This document shows positions 11,175-26,100 of a stretch of 64,000 bases of DNA, piece after piece (the stretch's first letter is position 1; every line of letters starts with the position of its first letter). The DNA is taken from NCBI RefSeq assembly GCF_006345805.1, contig NC_043010.1, positions 55,800,001 to 55,864,000 of the forward strand. Direction: 5' to 3'. The notes below the pieces were generated by a model. The model was not told where the DNA came from. It saw only the letters and a list, made by a program, of their open reading frames with translations, and made no database searches. The stretch comes from Octopus sinensis. Its lineage: Eukaryota. A program made the position numbers and the translations under genes.

Positions 11175-14100
11175 ACATATATATACATAATATGGAAGTG
11201 CAATGGCCCAGTAGTTAGGGCAGCAGACTCGCGGTTGTAGGATCACAGTTTCAATTCCCAGACCGGGCATTGTGAGTGTTTATTGAGTGAAAACACCTAA
11301 AGCTCCACGAGGCTCTGACAGGGGGGGGGGGCGTCCCTGCTGTACCCTTTTGCTACAACTTTCTCTTGTTGGCCTGCTCGCTTAGCCAGTGGGATGGCAT
11401 CATTTGAAGGTTAAAACAATGCAAAGCACATTGTGACCAACGATGTGTAGCAACATCTGATAGCCTGGTTGGTCACAGTGATCACAGTGATATATACATA
11501 ACAGATTTTTCTGCTCACAAATTTCAGGCTTAGCACCAGAAATAAAGCCTATCCCAAAATTTCTTCCAGGAATTTCTTTTGGTTTTATTGTTGTAACTCT
11601 ATATTTTGTATCAAAGATGTTTGTGGGTGAAAAATAATGTATTTATCAGATCCAGAAGGAAGACAGGAAAGTTGGCTTCAGCCAAGTTTGAACTCAGAAT
11701 GAAATGGTCCTGAACAAATACTACAAGGCATTCTATCCAATGCATTAATGACAATACCAGTTTGCCTATACATACTTATGTATATGTATGTGCAAAAAGA
11801 ACAATATCCTACATGTTGGCAGTGAGTTCTTCAAGAAACACTATATTGCTTACAACCCCAAAACAGCTGGACTAACCTTATTCAAGGAAGACTTGAATAT
11901 GAAATGCCAATGCTATTGACAGGCCTGTTTCCCAAAACCTTGAAGATGATACTAATATTGGTTTCAAATTATGGCACAAGGTCAGCAATTTTGGAGAAAG
12001 GGTTTGGCTATTGCAACAACCCCAGTGTTCAACTGGTATTTATTTTATTGATCCTGAAAGGATGAAAAAAAAGTCATCCTTGGCAGAATTTGAACTCAGA
12101 ATGTAAAAATAGACAAGCTACCATTAAGCATTTCACTTGGCATGCTAATGATTCTGCCTGCTCACTGCCTGGAAAGATGATATTAAAATTGACATGAATT
12201 CAGCCTTTCTTGGACTCAGGATTGTTAAATCACATCACCCTTCAATGGATATGCTTTTGCAATCCGAGAGTAAGAGAGTGCTACAAAGCAAAAGAGACAG
12301 AGAAGTTCTTAGAGACCATAAAATGTCGACCATATCACATTTTTGTCGAAGACAAATGATCAGCAGCTGCCTAAAAATGTCCCTTCCCAATGTAATATGA
12401 TGCTGTTCCTTAAACAATATACAATAATGTTACATGGAAAAAATAAATACTGTCCCGAGATAACTATAGAGAACCTCTGCTGTTATTGAATTCATACACA
12501 AACCACAAGCACAAGGAATATTGGCAGAACATTCACATAGATTTTCTGTCAAGTGCAGACATAACAAGTCAGATATCATTCTTTGGGTCAAAAAAAAACA
12601 ACAAAACTAATAGTTTGTACTATGATAGAGGTCAGCTTCCCTACTGCTGAAAATATCTCTTTGAAAATCAAAGTGAAGAAGGATAACTACAGACTCCAGG
12701 TTCTACAGCCAGATTATAAATTCACATTTATACCAGTAATAATTAGTGCATTTGATATTGAGAGTAAATTTCTAAGAGACAATCTGGAAAAACTAGGATT
12801 TGCAGAAAAAGAAACCAACCAGCTGACATTACAACTGCAATCTGTAAAGCAAATGTTAAAAATATGCAAGACTTTGAAATATTCCAATGATGAAGTTTTA
12901 TATCTTTGTCAGAAACGATTTCCTTCCTTTCAAGAAGACTGCAAATAATTAAAAATAGAAGAAAGAATGTGTGTGTGTGTGTGTGTGTGTGTAGTGTGTG
13001 TGTATGCATATGGACATTGTATTAATAATACATGCATACATATGTACGTACATATGTATGTACATACGTAACATACCTATGTATGTACATATGTGTATAT
13101 GTACATATGTATGTATATATGTTCATATGTATGTGTGTATGTATGTATTATGTAGTAACTTAAAAGCCACCTAAAGGGCAGCTTTTAAGCTAGCTCCTGT
13201 GGAGGGCTCTTCATTGAGCCTTGGGCCCAAAAATGACACTTCATGCATTGAATACAAATTAAATTTTATTAAAGTTGACCAATATTTTCCAAGCAATGAA
13301 TAATTTTCATCAAAACAATGATAGAATTTGTTGACTTGGAACTTATTGCAAAGCTGTGATAAACAACATTTTTTGTCTTTCCATTCTGGGGTCAGAACAA
13401 TTTTGTTTTCGATCTAACCTCTTTCTTTCTCTCTCTCTCTTTCCGGTGATTATTTGCAACCATCACCATCACATTACCACCACCATCACCACCACAACTG
13501 CCATACACACACTATTCAGACTTCTGACACCACCACCATCAATATCTTTGACTTCACAGCCTTCTCCTCCACCACCATCACCACTGTCTTTCACATTGCT
13601 TACTTTCACCATCATCTCTGACCACCACCACCACCTCTATCACAACTACAGCTCATACTACTACTTTCACCCCATTACCATCACAAAAAGGTTAAACGTG
13701 TGTGTTCATTCAGTATGTTACTTCAGTCCCTCTTCCTCTCTCTCTTATTATTACTCCCACTACCACCATCAACATTACTATTAACAAAAATATCATCAAC
13801 TCTCACTAAATCTTTTTGTTTCTCTTTCTCTTTTTTTTCTTTCTTTCTCTCTCTTTGTCTTTGCCACTGCCTTCACTGTTTATGCCTACTATTACTCTCA
13901 CCCCATCATGAGGAATAGTAGGAGTGTCATTGAATAGTGAGAGAGGGGGGCATCTAATTGTGACACTCTGACACACAGAAATTAGTTTTCACATTTATTA
14001 TATTAGATGTATGTATTATTAATAAATGAAATACAGAAAATATGATTGGCATTCTATGCTTCATAAGACGTGTGCCTTTTGAAAAGTTAACTGGCAAGAT

Positions 14101-17100
14101 TACATAATTGTTGAAAAGTACAAATCTTATTGAACTCCACAATGTTTAAGAAAAAATATGGTGTTGTGTTAAGTTGCTCAGTGTGGTTGTGTTGTTTGCA
14201 CAGATTCCCATGACTCTCTGTCACCATCCAATTCTATTACTCATCATACTCAGTGAATTTGATTTGGGAGCTTGTGTCATAGCAGATCTTTTATTAAATA
14301 CCACCCCTATAGATGCATCAGAGTTACTCTCTTAATACATACATAACATACCTTCCAGAATTCTGCCACTCAACATCAATGTAAGAAGCACAATTGGCTC
14401 AGCTGAACTTTTTCACAATTCCCCATGCTGCAGTCCCATGAGTTGGCCATATTCCTGGCAGGATGACTGAATGGATGTTATTGCTTTACCAAAGGGCAAC
14501 TCAGACCTATGCAGGGCATGGTTGTCTCTCCATTAGGTATCTTCAAGTTATTTGCATAAGTTGTTCAATATACATATCGCCATTTTGCAAATTATCAAGA
14601 GTGCAGTGTTGGAACCCAGGGCACAGAATAATAAGAGAAAATAAAGAGAAAACAGAAAGGTTGCTGAAGCCATTCTGTTTCATAGACAAATGGGTAGATA
14701 CAAATACACACTTGGTACATACTAACAGCTGTTTCCATAGAGATGCAATAGAAAGAGAGAAAGCAAAGGAGACAACCAAAGAACCCTGTAGACAACTCCA
14801 GGATTGACAACACCCACATTGCCAGCTCCAGTGACCACAACAATGACAACAACAGCAATAATATCACTAGCAAAGGTAACAACTACAGTACAAACAACGT
14901 TTTTCATTAATCAAGGTCAAGGAAGCCAGTGGTCGGTTCATTGTCAAGATTATGGCTTCAGTTTCAAGCAATGTCAGAAAAACAAAAGGTTTTATAAAGT
15001 ATGAAATACCAAATATGTTTTCTGCATTTTATTAATACTATATATGGCCCCTATTCCACACACCAGCTTATCTTCTGTTTTGATGCCCTTTGTCTGACCT
15101 GACTGGATATAGGAGGAGAGTGGAATGTGGTGTAGGGCCCAAACTTTTAGTCAGGTGCATATCAAAGTCTAGGCTGTACTGGTTATTTGATATCGTGTGA
15201 GTATTTCGAATTAGAGCAAAGGAGAGATAATGAATTTGGATAGGTTGACAAAAAAGGAAATGGTGGATTGCAGCCAAAGCAAATGTTATGAGACTATATG
15301 CACCCCAGGACATAGGAAAACATGAAGACTTCTAAGAGTGAATGTTTGTGTACCTAGTGAATATAAATCTTTAGATTTGTATTTGGGTAGTTGTAGAGAA
15401 GAACTTGTCAGGTAGATTACCAAAAGCAGAGGCTTATGCTTTGAAACTACAGAAAATTACAAAACATCAAAATAGCATTCCCTATTTATTCTCTCAACTG
15501 GCACCTAGATGAGAGAGAGTCAATAGGCATTATATGCTATTTGTGTGAAAAACCTCAAATGGTAAATTTTACTCTTAATCCACCTGAAGAAAATGGATTT
15601 TTTTACATGACGTAAATGATTTGTTCATCAATAAAAAACATGTCTAAGGTGGTGAGCAGGCAGGAACATTAGCACGCTTCATGAAATGCTTTGTGGTATT
15701 TCGTCTGTCTTTACGTTCTGTGTTCAAATTCCACAGAGTTTGACTTTGCCTTTCATCCTTTTGGGGTTGATAAATTAAGTATCAGTTGCATACTGGAGTC
15801 GATCTAATCGACTGGCCCTTCCCCAAAATTTTCGGGCATTGTGTCCTGAGTAGAAACGAAGGAAAAGCATGTCTGAAACAGCTGTAGCGAACCTCAATCC
15901 ATCTGTGTTATTAACCACATTTAGAACATTCCCTGCTTTAGATCTTGAGCCTAGAGTGGACTTTGTACTGCTTGCCAGAAAATACTCCTGTATGACTTTA
16001 CGTATATATGTTGTGGAATTGATCTATAGCCATAAATGCATACATAACTGGAAGGACAAATCTATATCTGCTTCAGTAAGCATGTGAGTGTCTGTACACA
16101 CTATTAGTACATTGGTGTGCTGTCCTCAGCTGTACCGTAGTGCTTTTGTTATTAAAATACCTTGGTTCTATTCGATCCTGCAAATCTTATACACACACAG
16201 ACACACACACACACCATTTTAAAAATAAATACCTCTTTAGATAATGTGCATCATAGATGTATTTAAAAAAACAAACAAACAAAGGTAATCAAAGTTGGAT
16301 TGGCTTTGATCCTTGGTCTTTTCAGTCATGGCATAGCCTCGAGATAACAACAACAATAATAAACTTATTTTGTCTTTTGTAGGACATTATTAAATGTCTG
16401 GAGAAAGATTTCCCGCAAGGCAGTGAACTGTCAGTGCTAGAACAAAGATGGCAAGCTCACCAGGCATTTGCAGATGTCAGACGACGTGTCTATGTTGGAG
16501 GGGAAACATATTTCAAACAGATTGATGATTTTATGGAATCTTCACAAAACCCTATCGTCATTCTTGGGGAGTCTGGTAAGAAGGAGGAAAACTTTTTACT
16601 ACTTCTACATATACTTGACATTATTTCTTATTTTGCAAATATTTAAATACAAATAGAGATGGTTTTCTATGATTCATGCATGTTGATATCTATTTAGCCG
16701 TCATCACAAACTTAATCCAAGGGACCAAACATGACAGAATGTGAAGAAATAAGCAATGCAGAAAGTGAACATACAAACATGAAATAAATTTGATCCAAAA
16801 TGAGACGATTCGTGGAAGGACAAGGACGAAAAGAAACAAGATGAAATGTGGACATAGAAACCAACTGAAATAAAGAAACAGAATATGACTTTTAGGCCAG
16901 CTAGCAGACAAAAATATGGTTAACACCAGGAGAAATATCCTAAAGGATTACAAAAACGAAGGACAAAAGAGAGACAGCAAAATGTACTGAAATTGGGAGA
17001 GAAAATATGACCAGTCGCTTCGGTGGTCAGCATGTAAAGAAAAAGAGAATGACCACAGGTCATGTGTCAGTAGTAGGAGGGAGAAAAGTGGTAGAGGGTA

Positions 17101-20100
17101 GAGAAAGACATGGAGAGCAGAGAGGGGAGGGGAGAGAGAATGCAACTATATATCTGTACACATCTCCCATTTAAAGGCTATCGAAAATCATTTTGTGTTA
17201 AGTAATATAAACTTACTCAATAAAATTATATACAAGGTGTGGCTGTGTGGTAAGTAGCTTGCTTACCAACAATATGGTTCCGGGTTCAGTCTCACTGCGT
17301 GGCACCTTGGGCAAGTGTTTTCTGCTATAGCCTTGGGCCGACCATAGCCTTGTGAGTGGATTTGGTAGACAGAAACTGAAAGAAGCCCGCCATATATATA
17401 TATATATATCATCATCATCATCATCATCATTTAACGTCCGTTCTCCATGCTAGCATGGGTTGGACGGTTCGACCGGGGATCTGGGAAGCCAGAAGGCTGC
17501 ACCAGGCTCCAGTCTAATCTGGCAATGTTTCTACAGCTGGATGCCCTTCCTAACGCCAACCACTCCGTGAGTGTAGTGGGTGCTTTTTACGTGCCACCTG
17601 CACAGGTGCCAGGTGAGGCTGGCAACGGCCACGGTCGGATTGGTGTATTTTATGTGCTACCGGCACGGAAGCCAGTCGAGGCGGTGCTGGCATCGGCCAC
17701 GAGTCGGATAGTGCTTTTTACGTACCACCAGACCAGGGATCCTGGCTGGTTCAATTCGATTTCGATTTCGCTTGCCCCAACATGTCTTCACAAGCAAAGG
17801 GGGTTGGCATGGGTGCCTGTCGTACGGTCGGATTGGAGTATTTTACGTGCCACCGGCACGGAAGCCAGTCGAAGCGGTGCTGGCATCGGCCACGAGTCGG
17901 ATAGTGCTTTTTACGTACCACCAGACCAGGGATCCTGGCTGGTTCAATTCGGTTTCGATTTCGATTTCGATATATATATGAATATGTTTGTGTGTCTGTG
18001 TTTGTCCCCCCCCCCAACATTGCTTGACAACTGATGGTGGTATGTTTACATCCCCATCCCTTAGCGGTTCAGCAATAGGGACCGATAGAATAAGTGCTGG
18101 GGACAATTAGCTCAACTAAAGGTGGTAAAAGTAAAAGTATACATTCACTGCCCACACGCACACATACATATATATACCAGCTAGTGACTTGTTCCCGACA
18201 CACACCTGTTGCACATTCTGTGTATTTGTGACCTTTCAGGCCACTAATGCTGGGGATGGATTCATTCCTTTATGTACTGGTCACTATCTGGTTCAATGTT
18301 TCTATTGACCAGTTTGTTTTAATAAAGTGATTGTGTCTCACTGAGTGGTTATTTGGTGTCCACTACTCTCTTGCACCATCATATAATCCCAGCTGTACAC
18401 GCTGGTGAAGGCTAACAGATTAAACTTTGAAGTCACTGTAAAAGTATAATAAAGAAGTACTCTACAAAAAGTGGTGACTAATTATTCAGTTTAACATTGT
18501 TTTCATTATAATTTGACATAAAAACAATTATTCAGCAAGTTTGGGCCTGGAAGTGCCCTGGATTTTCTAGAGACAGTTTAAATCAGAGGTTGGGGAACTT
18601 TTTTAGCCAATTACCCCAAAATATGCTGATGTTCTCCTCTTGATTTGAAAGGAAGAAAATCATAGATTCATTGAATTTGAAAGGTTTATTGAATCTACTT
18701 ATACGGAGAATACCATTATAAATATAAAATGCATAAAACAAATGCAATAAAACAAATTAATATTCTCATTATGAAACAAAAAGTTTTTTCTTGAAGTCTT
18801 TTCACTTCAGGTTTTGAAGAAATGATGCTGTTACATCAAAATTGAGGTATTTTGATGCCAGAGCAATTTGGACAGAGTCTTTGGGTTCAATAATTTACTT
18901 TGCTTTGTTTCTATGTTCATTGGAGTGGAAGATCCTTGTTCACAAAAGGAAGCAACTTTTTGACTACCTCCTTAAGCCACAAGAAAAATTTTTTGTTGTA
19001 ACAAGGAACATGTTTTTTATATAATTTTGCTTACATTCAATGAGTCCTCATTAACCCCTAAGAATTTCATTTTTACCTGACTTGGGGTAATTTACCCCTG
19101 ATCTAAATATATACTTAGAGTATAAAATAAAGTGTGAGAAGAAAAAAGCCAAGTTGTTTTTAAATTAATACATTTTTAAAGCAGGGTCTATTTGATATTT
19201 ATTAATCTTCTTAAAATTCTTAAACTATATTATACTCTACTATGTATGGAGTATAATGTTTATAGGATGAAAATTAAATAAAGTAAAGTAAAGAACTGGT
19301 TATATTTAACAGGTACAAATACAAATTAGAACAATTTGAAACAAAGTACGCTTGATCTTTATCATTGCACAAAAAAAAGTAAAGAACAAAACTAGTTTTA
19401 ACCCATCATCTGCAAATCAACCAACTTCAAAAATAAAGTCTGTTTACTCAATACAAGATACAGTATATTGCACAGTGTTCCTGGATTTCTGGAAGCCAGA
19501 TAAAGGGTCCAATATGGTATATGTGGGCATTCATGTGTGTGTGGGGAGGGGGAAAGAGAAATATAGAGTGTGTGTGTGTGTACTGAGCCTATCATAGTTA
19601 ATAACATACATAATGGTAACAGCAAATAATTCTTCTATTTCATTTTCATTTCACTTTTCAACAAAATCAGTTAACTTTAATATATGCTGGGTGAGGTAAC
19701 TGCATCAATGAGAGTCACTGACTCACAACCTGTGTATGCTAGTACACTGTTACAAGCCATTGTTCAGCTGCGGCTGTGATCAAAGACACTTGCCCAGGGT
19801 GCTACACTTTAGGACTGAATTTAAAACCAAACTTCCCAACGATGTAGCCATGCCTCCTATCAGATGTAAATGGTTATTTCTATTCCCTACTTCAGTTTTA
19901 CAAAAATCTCTTAAGATATTTTCCTAAAACATCCTTAACACTAATCAAGGAACAATTAATAAATTTCATTTTTCTTTTTGTTGTTGCAAATGAGATTTTA
20001 TATGATTGTTCAGTTTGTTATACGAATCCATACTTTATGTGCTTCTTTGTTATATTTCTTTTAATTTGTAGGTTGTGGTAAATCCTCTCTGCTAGCAAAC

Positions 20101-23100
20101 TGGTGCTTCAGGCTCGAACAGAAGGAACCTGATACATTCTTCTTTTTACATTTCATTGGAAGTTCACCTGAAAGTTGTTCAAGCCTGAAAATGTTTCACA
20201 GGTAAATCTGATAATTTCCTGCTTTGAAAAGTCAAAACATCTGAAATGTGATATTTCTAATTAGTTCATAATTACTGGAACTAATTAACTTCATCATTAG
20301 CTATAAAACATTTTATACTTGTATTAACTTTCAACAAGTTTCTGTGCCCTATCCCCATTGTGTCATCTGAATGTAGAAGTACCAATCCTCCTCCCCCTCT
20401 CCCTCAACATTATCAGTGTGGTATCTCTTCCCTTACACACACCTGTTGACTCACTGGAAATATGTTTTTTTTTTATATAGCTATGTAAATCTCTTCCTTT
20501 TCACTATCTTCACCAAAACCCTCTTCTTTTTATCTGCTTTTTTACTTGTATCAAACAAAATCATTTCTAATTTTAGATTATATGAAGAGTTGAAAGCTTC
20601 TTTTGGACTAGAAGTTGAGATTCCATTTTCTGATGCAACAATTCTTCAAAATTTAACGAAATGGTTGAAACTAGTTGGAACGAGAAGAAAATGTGTGTTG
20701 GTCTTTGATGCTTTGAATCACCTTGATAGTGCTTTGGGACGTGGAAACACAGGTGAGAAATCAATTTTACATTATTTATTGATAACTAAATGGAGTATAA
20801 CCAAATTCTGGAAAATTTTCATCAGAAATAGTTCAAAATTCTTCATTCCATGATCTGTTGATAATATAGACTACAGAAGTGAAAAGAGGCACCTATAGTG
20901 TCATTAGATTTAATTTTTGTAAACAGTAGCACACAACTATCCATACTGATAGGAAAGACTATTGAACAAAACCTCAGTCCAGATGTAATTTGGTTTATTT
21001 TACACTAGATACACACACTCACATACACATGTATGTGTGTGTGTGTGTGTGTGTGTGTGCACATGCATGCAAGTAGTGCTACCAGTAACAGCTATAACCT
21101 GTCACATGGTTGGGCTGCCAGTGACTAAACTGGTAACTCTACAAAGCCTGCTTAGTAAGGAGGAGACACTCCATAAGATGTACCCAGTGTAAGCTATGGA
21201 CGCATAAGAAGTGCAGCAACATCAAAGAAGATTAATCGGGAAGATAGCTTTCGTGTGCAGCAGATGCACAGGGGCATTAAACACCACAGATGCTCAGAAG
21301 ACAGATTCCATCACACTCCAAGGGGAGAAACTAGAAGTAGTTGATCTCTTCCTCTACCTAGGTGACCAAGTCTGTAGTGGGGGTAGATGTTTAGAGAGTG
21401 TTACCACTAGAATAAGAATAGCCTGGGCAAAATTTAGAAAGCTTCTACCCCTACTGGTGACAAAGGGTCTCTCGCTCAGAGTGAAAGGCAGATTGTACAA
21501 TGCTTGTGTGCAAACTACCATGCTTCACAGCAATGAAACATGGGCCATGACTGCTGAAGAGATATGTAGGCTTGAAAGAAATGAAACTAGCATGATCAGC
21601 TGGATGTGTAATGTCAGTGTGCACACATGACAGAGTGTAAGCACCCTGAGAGAAATATTGGACATAAGCATCATCGGATGTGGCATGTGCTGGTACGGTC
21701 ATGTACTATGGGTGGATGTGGAGAGCTGTATGAAGAAGTGCTACTCCCAATCAGTTGAAGGAACCTGTGGTAGAGAGAGACTGAGGACATGGGATGAGGT
21801 GGTGAAGCATAAACTTTGAACGTTGGACCTCACAGAGGCAATGACAAAAAACCAAGACCACTGGAGATATGCTGTGACTGAGAAGACCCAGCAAATAAAG
21901 TGAGATTACAGCCATTGCCTGTGTCACATAACCAGCCCACTCAAAAAGTACATTTGGATCGTAGGGCGACATGCTGTGCTTGAGAAGACCTATTGAGTCG
22001 AGAACATCAACATCAAACACAATCAAATGGAAATTGTAGTTGTGGCTGATGCCAGCCCCACCTGTCTGGCTCCCCGTGCTGGTAACACATAAAAAGCACC
22101 ATCCAAATGTGGCTAATGCCAGCGTTGCCTTGACTGGCTCCCATGCTGTTGGCACATAAAAGCACCATCCAAACGTGGTCAATGCCAGCCCATTCTGGCC
22201 CCTGTGCTGGTGGAATGTAAAAACACCCACTACACTCTTGGAGTGGTTGGCATCCAGCTGTAGAAACACTGCCAGATCAGATTGGAGCTTGGTGCAGCTT
22301 CCTGGCTTCCCAGACCCAAACCATGCCAGCATGGAAAACGGATGTTAAACGATGATGATGATGATCCTGCTAAAGAACAAACAAAATCTTCCAAAACGTA
22401 GACAAACTCAATCAACAGGCATCAAACAGCTGAGAGTGAGAGACCCCCCACCCCTAGTCTCTGTTAAAACTTTCTAAGAGAAGGAAAACTCTGATGTAAC
22501 ACCTACAACTTCATTTGTAGCCTATAAAGTTGACTGGTTCTTCTTATTGGACAAAGATAGATTGTTTAGAGTGGGGTTGACCCTGTGCAAGGCGTTTCCT
22601 CACTTTAAAAAGTTTCAGGCACTGACATATCTTGATTGTTAATATCTCTGTTATGTGAGACGACATGCCATGACTGGCTGCAGATGGAAAAAGCAAAACC
22701 CTCAATGAAAAATTCCATGATGGAATGAAGGTTTGCATCAGGATGGATGATGAGTTCCCTAAACATGGATTGCAAGAGGCACCCATCTGTGCAAAAGAGT
22801 GTAGATCCTTATGTCCATGTTGCCTTAAAACAAAAACCTAATGATGGCATTGCTTGCAAATGAGTTGCAGCTATCATGTTTGCAGGTGTGTGTAGAGATG
22901 CATGTACATAACTGTTGGAAATGAAGTCAAATAAATTTTAAAATTTACTTCGAAAACTTGAATTGACTTCTTTATAAACATGCAACAATTTCCCAACAGT
23001 AGTCATAGGACTTTGACCGCTACATCATCAGTATTAAAGATTCTCAACCATCGCTGGTGCCTCCAAGTGGTCATTTTACATACTAGAAATAGCAGCAGAT

Positions 23101-26100
23101 TCACATCATATTATATTTTTGTTACGAAAGCTGGACACATTACATCATTTAGTCACTGATAGTAACTATTACACTGTACATTGGGTAATGTAGTTCTAGA
23201 TAGATTTATCTAAATAAAAGGATGGGACAGTCATTGCAGGAACATTTTTGATCACAAATCTTGTAGATCAGGTTTGAACTGGGGCTAAACAACATGTATA
23301 GCTTCTTTTAGTAAAAACTACATTATAAAAAGAACCTGCACCCAGTCACTTGATGTGCTACAAATAATGACCAAATTACTCAAAGCCAAACCCTATAGTT
23401 TTAGAAAGGAAAAGAAGACATAAGACACTCTAGTTGAAGATACACAAATAGACTGGATGGTCACGAATAGAATACATTTAATTAGAGCTCTGTCTGAACT
23501 GGGGTGATCTGAAGCTAAACAACAACAGCACGAATAATGACAACTGCATGAATGATCATTTTCTCTCCTTCCAGGTGCACAAGTTGATCTTTCGTGGATA
23601 CCTCTGTTAAATTCATCTAAGAATGTAAATATCTTGTTGTCAACTCTTCCAGGAAAAGTAAATATAATATTTTATTACTTTCATAACCGATTTCAAATTT
23701 AAAATATATTCCCTGTATGGAGGCAAACATGGCTGTGGGGTTAAGCTATTTACTTCTCAACCACGAGATTCTGGCTATGAGACTTCTGCATGACACCATG
23801 AATAATTGCTTACAACTTTATTGTATCAACCAATGCTATGTGGTGTTAATGCAGAATGAATACAATGTGATGTGAGCTGACCAATAGAGACCTAACAGGT
23901 AGAAGCTGTCCTGAATTTGTCTCAAAATCTGTTACTCATTTCTAGGTACTTGATGACATGGCTTCATCTTACAAATACGTGAAACTTATGGAGCTGCGTT
24001 AAACTGTTATCATGCATGCATGCATGCATACATACATACGTATGTACGTATCATCAGTGAATCATATATCCCAAAAGAAGCACACTCTAAAAGTTATGGC
24101 AGAAATGTATTTACATGTATTTTGCGAGTATTATCACCTTAAACCCTTATTATTTTCTTCTTACTGTCGATGTCTTTTCGTCTCAAACCCTAGCTCATGC
24201 ATTTCCTCACAACATATTCCTTCACTCATGAAAACTTATCACACGATCACACAGCCCTTCGTCTCTAATCTTGTCTTTCTCCCTCATCTATCGGTCATCA
24301 CTCTGTCTATTTAATTCCTACACTATTTTCCTATCTATCGGTCTTTTCTGTCGCTTAAATTCCTACCCCATCATTCCCAGTTCGCGGTGGTGCACCTGCC
24401 CTCCCGCCCCCTCCACCTGTACCTGAAGTCCTTATCTCGTCTTCCTTTGCTTGTCTCCCATGAACACCTAAAAGCCTTACGCCAACCCCACCCCTACTAT
24501 ATAAGGTAGTGACCATACAGTGCAAAACATGATAGTGTAGTGTAAGCAGGTTGAACTTCAGATCATTACTTTGCTTATGAATTCTGCCAAATATGAGCTC
24601 TCTTTTCAGGTAATTGACGCCACCGTTCCCCGTCCCAGGGTCTCTAGGACCCATACCTCCCACACCCTCAGGGTTGGCACTCTCAACATTGGCACACTGA
24701 AAGGTAGGTCTGGTGAGATTGTTGAGATGCTTGAACGGAGACGTGTTGATATATATTGCATCCAAGAAGTAAGGTGGAGAGGAGGTTCTACTAGGTTCCT
24801 CACAGGCAAAGAACACAGGTACAAGATTTTCTGGGCAGGGAACACTGACGGGGTTTGGGGCGTGGGTATACTTCTCGCTGGAAAATGGGTAGATAAGGTA
24901 ATTGAGGTAATCAGAGTATGTGACAGAATGCTTAAGATTAGATTAGTGCTTCATCATGGATTAGCAACCATTATCTCAGCCTATGCCCCTCAGCCAGGGC
25001 TACCCGATGGACAGAAAGACCAATTCTATGACACCCTACTGCAGACTACCTCGTTGGCGAACGACAGAGACCTTCTCTTTGTGGCTGGTGATTTCAATGG
25101 GCATGTTGGAAAACATGCTGGGGGCTTCCATGGTGTACATGGAGGCTATGGCTATGGCTCCCGCAACGAGGAGGGAACCAGGCTGCTGGAGTTCTGTGAT
25201 GCAAATGATCTTATGGTTTGCAATACTAACTTCAGGAAACCTACCAACCACCTAGTCACCTACCAATCGGGCTGACATACAAGCCAAATTCACTACATCC
25301 TTGCCAGGAAAAGGGAAAGATGGCTGCTTATAAATGCCAAAAACTTCCCAGGTGAAGAATGTACCCCACAACATAGACTGGTGGTTAGTGACTTTAGAAT
25401 CAGGACTAAGAGGATGACCAGAAGACGACCAACATGGAGAAGAAGGATCTGGAAGCTTAAAGATCCTGTGAATGGACAGAGATTTAGGGACATATTACTT
25501 GAAGCCTTTGACGAAATAGAAGGGGATATAGCTTCACATGGGGTAGAAGACAACTGGAGGATTCTAAGGGACAACCTGCTGAGAGTCACTGACCAGATCT
25601 GTGGATGGTGTAAAGTCCCCTCAAGACCCAAAATAACATGGTGGTGGAACAATATTGTTGACAGGGGTATTAGACAAAAGAAACAGGCTTGGAAGGACTG
25701 GAAGAATGGGAGTAGCAGGGAATTGTATCAGACTGCCAGAAGGGAAGCTAGGGACAGGTTTATTTAGCCAGAGGGGAAGCAGATAATAAAAAATTTGCCA
25801 ATGTTCTGCACTGTGAGGATGAAAGACTTGAGGTATTTTGTGTTGCCATAAAGTGTGTGAGAGAGAATCGTGATGTGGTAGGAGAGAAATGTTTTTGCAT
25901 GGATGATGGTTCACTTGCGCTAAATGAGGATGCAAAGAGAGAGGTTTGGAGATGCCACTATGAAAGGTTGCTGAATAAAGAAAATGAATGGGATAAAGAG
26001 AGTCTGCCGAATGTCGACCCAACAGAGGGACCAGCTATGCGAGTTGACAGTTCCTTGGTAGTTAAGGCAATTAGAAGCATGAAGACAGGGAAAGCCCCAG

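Noticed and set aside
11195-11270. tRNA gene
   Set aside because: tRNA-like head continues into a SINE body found elsewhere in the window; cloverleaf incomplete.
17447-18034. 195-aa ORF MLAWVGRFDRG... and similar ORFs at 7852, 21751, 27918, 36551
   Set aside because: Recurrent translation of the reverse-complemented RTE 3' UTR, not genes.
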